DNA of 33,252 nt from Actinomycetota bacterium (GTDB taxonomy: Bacteria; Actinomycetota; Acidimicrobiia; Acidimicrobiales; JACCXE01): assembly GCA_013697265.1 (NCBI GenBank), contig JACCXE010000102.1, positions 1 through 33,252 on the forward strand. Direction: 5' to 3'. This document shows, in pieces, positions 32,454 through 33,252 of this stretch. Position 1 is the first letter of the stretch. Each line of letters begins with the position of its first letter. The notes below the pieces were generated by a model that was given only the letters and a program-made list of their open reading frames with translations, ran no database searches and was not told the origin of the DNA. The translations under genes and the position numbers were made by a program.

Positions 32454-33208
32454 GGTGTTTCCTTCCGGGCGCTTTTCGCGCGCACTTGTTCAACGTTGAG
32501 GGGCGGGCCAAACGCGAACCGGTACCAGTGCAGGTAGCGCAGCAGCCACGCGGCGAGCTTGAAGTTACTGACACCGAACGTGCGGTCGAGCCAGATCGTC
32601 GGCAACTCGGCGACGGGCAGCCGCATACGCCGGGCCTTGGCCACGAGCTCGATGCCGACCTCGAACCCGTCGTCGCTGTCGATGCCTACTTCCTGGACGA
32701 AGCTGCGCTTGTAAGCCTTGAACGAGTTGGTGGCGTCGTTCGTGCCGACCCGCGCCAACAGGTGTAACGAACGCCCAGCCAAACGTGACAGAGCGGTCTT
32801 GAACGCGGGGCCGCCGACTTGTTGGCCGCCGCGCATATAACGCGACGCGGCTGCGACGACGACACCGCGTTCGACCAGGCGGGTCAGGGCGTCGATCTGC
32901 TGGGGGTCGTCGCAGCCATCGGCCATCGTGACCACCACGACATCAGCGCGGGCGTGGTCGATGCCGTAGCGGATCGCACGGGCCGGGCCCCGTCCGTAGG
33001 TGTTCACTGTCGGCACGAGGCGCGGTTCGCTGTGGGCGTACTTCTCGATCCACGGCATGGTGGAGTCGTCGCGGCTGTCGCAGACCACGAGCACCTCGCA
33101 CGGCAGCGTGACGGTTTCGAAAATGCGATCAAGGTGGGGCAGGATCGCGTCGCCCTCGTCGTATGCCGTTACCACGACGGAAACCCGCGGTTCGCCCGCC
33201 TGCTTCAT
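32450..33208 (-). CDS. GT2 polyprenyl-phosphate glycosyltransferase-like (DPM1/GtrB/PpgS class)
   Basis: 'RVSVVVTAYDEGDAI..EVLVVCDSRDDST..VVVTMADGCDDP..AASRYMRGG..NDATNSFKAYKR..AELPTIWLDRTFGVSNFK' is collinear with DPM1/GtrB-type enzymes. The start is ATG 33208 or the upstream GTG 33238. Confidence 0.78.
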   Translation of the reverse strand: MKQAGEPRVSVVVTAYDEGDAILPHLDRIFETVTLPCEVLVVCDSRDDSTMPWIEKYAHSEPRLVPTVNTYGRGPARAIRYGIDHARADVVVVTMADGCDDPQQIDALTRLVERGVVVAAASRYMRGGQQVGGPAFKTALSRLAGRSLHLLARVGTNDATNSFKAYKRSFVQEVGIDSDDGFEVGIELVAKARRMRLPVAELPTIWLDRTFGVSNFKLAAWLLRYLHWYRFAFGPPLNVEQVRAKSARKETP

Positions 33209-33252
33209 ACCTGCGTGCTCGCGCCGGTAAAGCCCCACACGTCTACGAGCGG

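Noticed and set aside
1-33252. Search for CRISPR arrays, transposases, integrases, toxin-antitoxin pairs or known defence genes
   Set aside because: No regularly spaced direct repeats are present. No ORF carries DDE/serine/tyrosine-recombinase or nuclease/ATPase defence hallmarks. Every sizeable ORF is accounted for by metabolism or envelope biogenesis. The novelty here appears to lie in glycan-assembly architecture and non-coding repeats rather than in a defence island.

Overview
This is GC-rich, strongly GC3-biased, almost gap-free coding DNA of actinobacterial type. It shows GTG/TTG starts, many 1-4 nt start/stop overlaps, and LCP, WbbL-like and F420 genes. I call 29 CDS. I see no rRNA, tRNA, CRISPR array, transposase, integrase or phage gene. 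Bases 1-4100 are housekeeping: birA (5'-truncated by the window edge), pabC-like, pabB-like and an acyl-CoA dehydrogenase. The rest is one large cell-envelope glycopolymer locus. It contains two GT2 genes, an LCP ligase, and rmlA-doxX-rmlB-rmlD-ugd-uxs-wbbL-like, followed by two membrane-anchored hypotheticals and manC-like-galE-like. That run is convergent with a minus-strand operon: an 849-aa double GT-B glycosyltransferase, a SpoIID/FG-GAP secreted protein, cofD and cofE. Next come wzm-wzt (Wzt has a long C-terminal extension), a 459-aa GT-B and an 1186-aa methyltransferase+GT2+GT-B fusion. The window ends with a minus-strand operon of a DPM1/GtrB-like GT2, an SDR epimerase and a Thr-rich lipoprotein. 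The order LCP/rmlD/wbbL/manB convergent with cofE-cofD resembles M. tuberculosis Rv3267-Rv3261 as I recall it, but it is heavily expanded here. The most interesting observations are:
- The fused methyltransferase-GT2-GT-B-heptad protein next to Wzm/Wzt, a candidate single-chain polymerase plus chain terminator.
- Two independent 21-bp (one heptad) tandem duplications near the C-termini of the two giant glycosyltransferases.
- A roughly 70-nt hairpin-forming repeat at 1807-1860 and 4041-4112 with compensatory stem changes. One copy is split by a 116-nt near-perfect hairpin.
- An SDR gene whose Rossmann motif lies upstream of every canonical start codon, leaving a CTG start in a CTGA overlap.
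- A SpoIID domain, apparently permuted, fused to an FG-GAP propeller and translationally coupled to cofD.
- Back-to-back leaderless-type promoters with overlapping -10 boxes.
All functional calls rest on motif recognition by eye. No searches or folding calculations were run.
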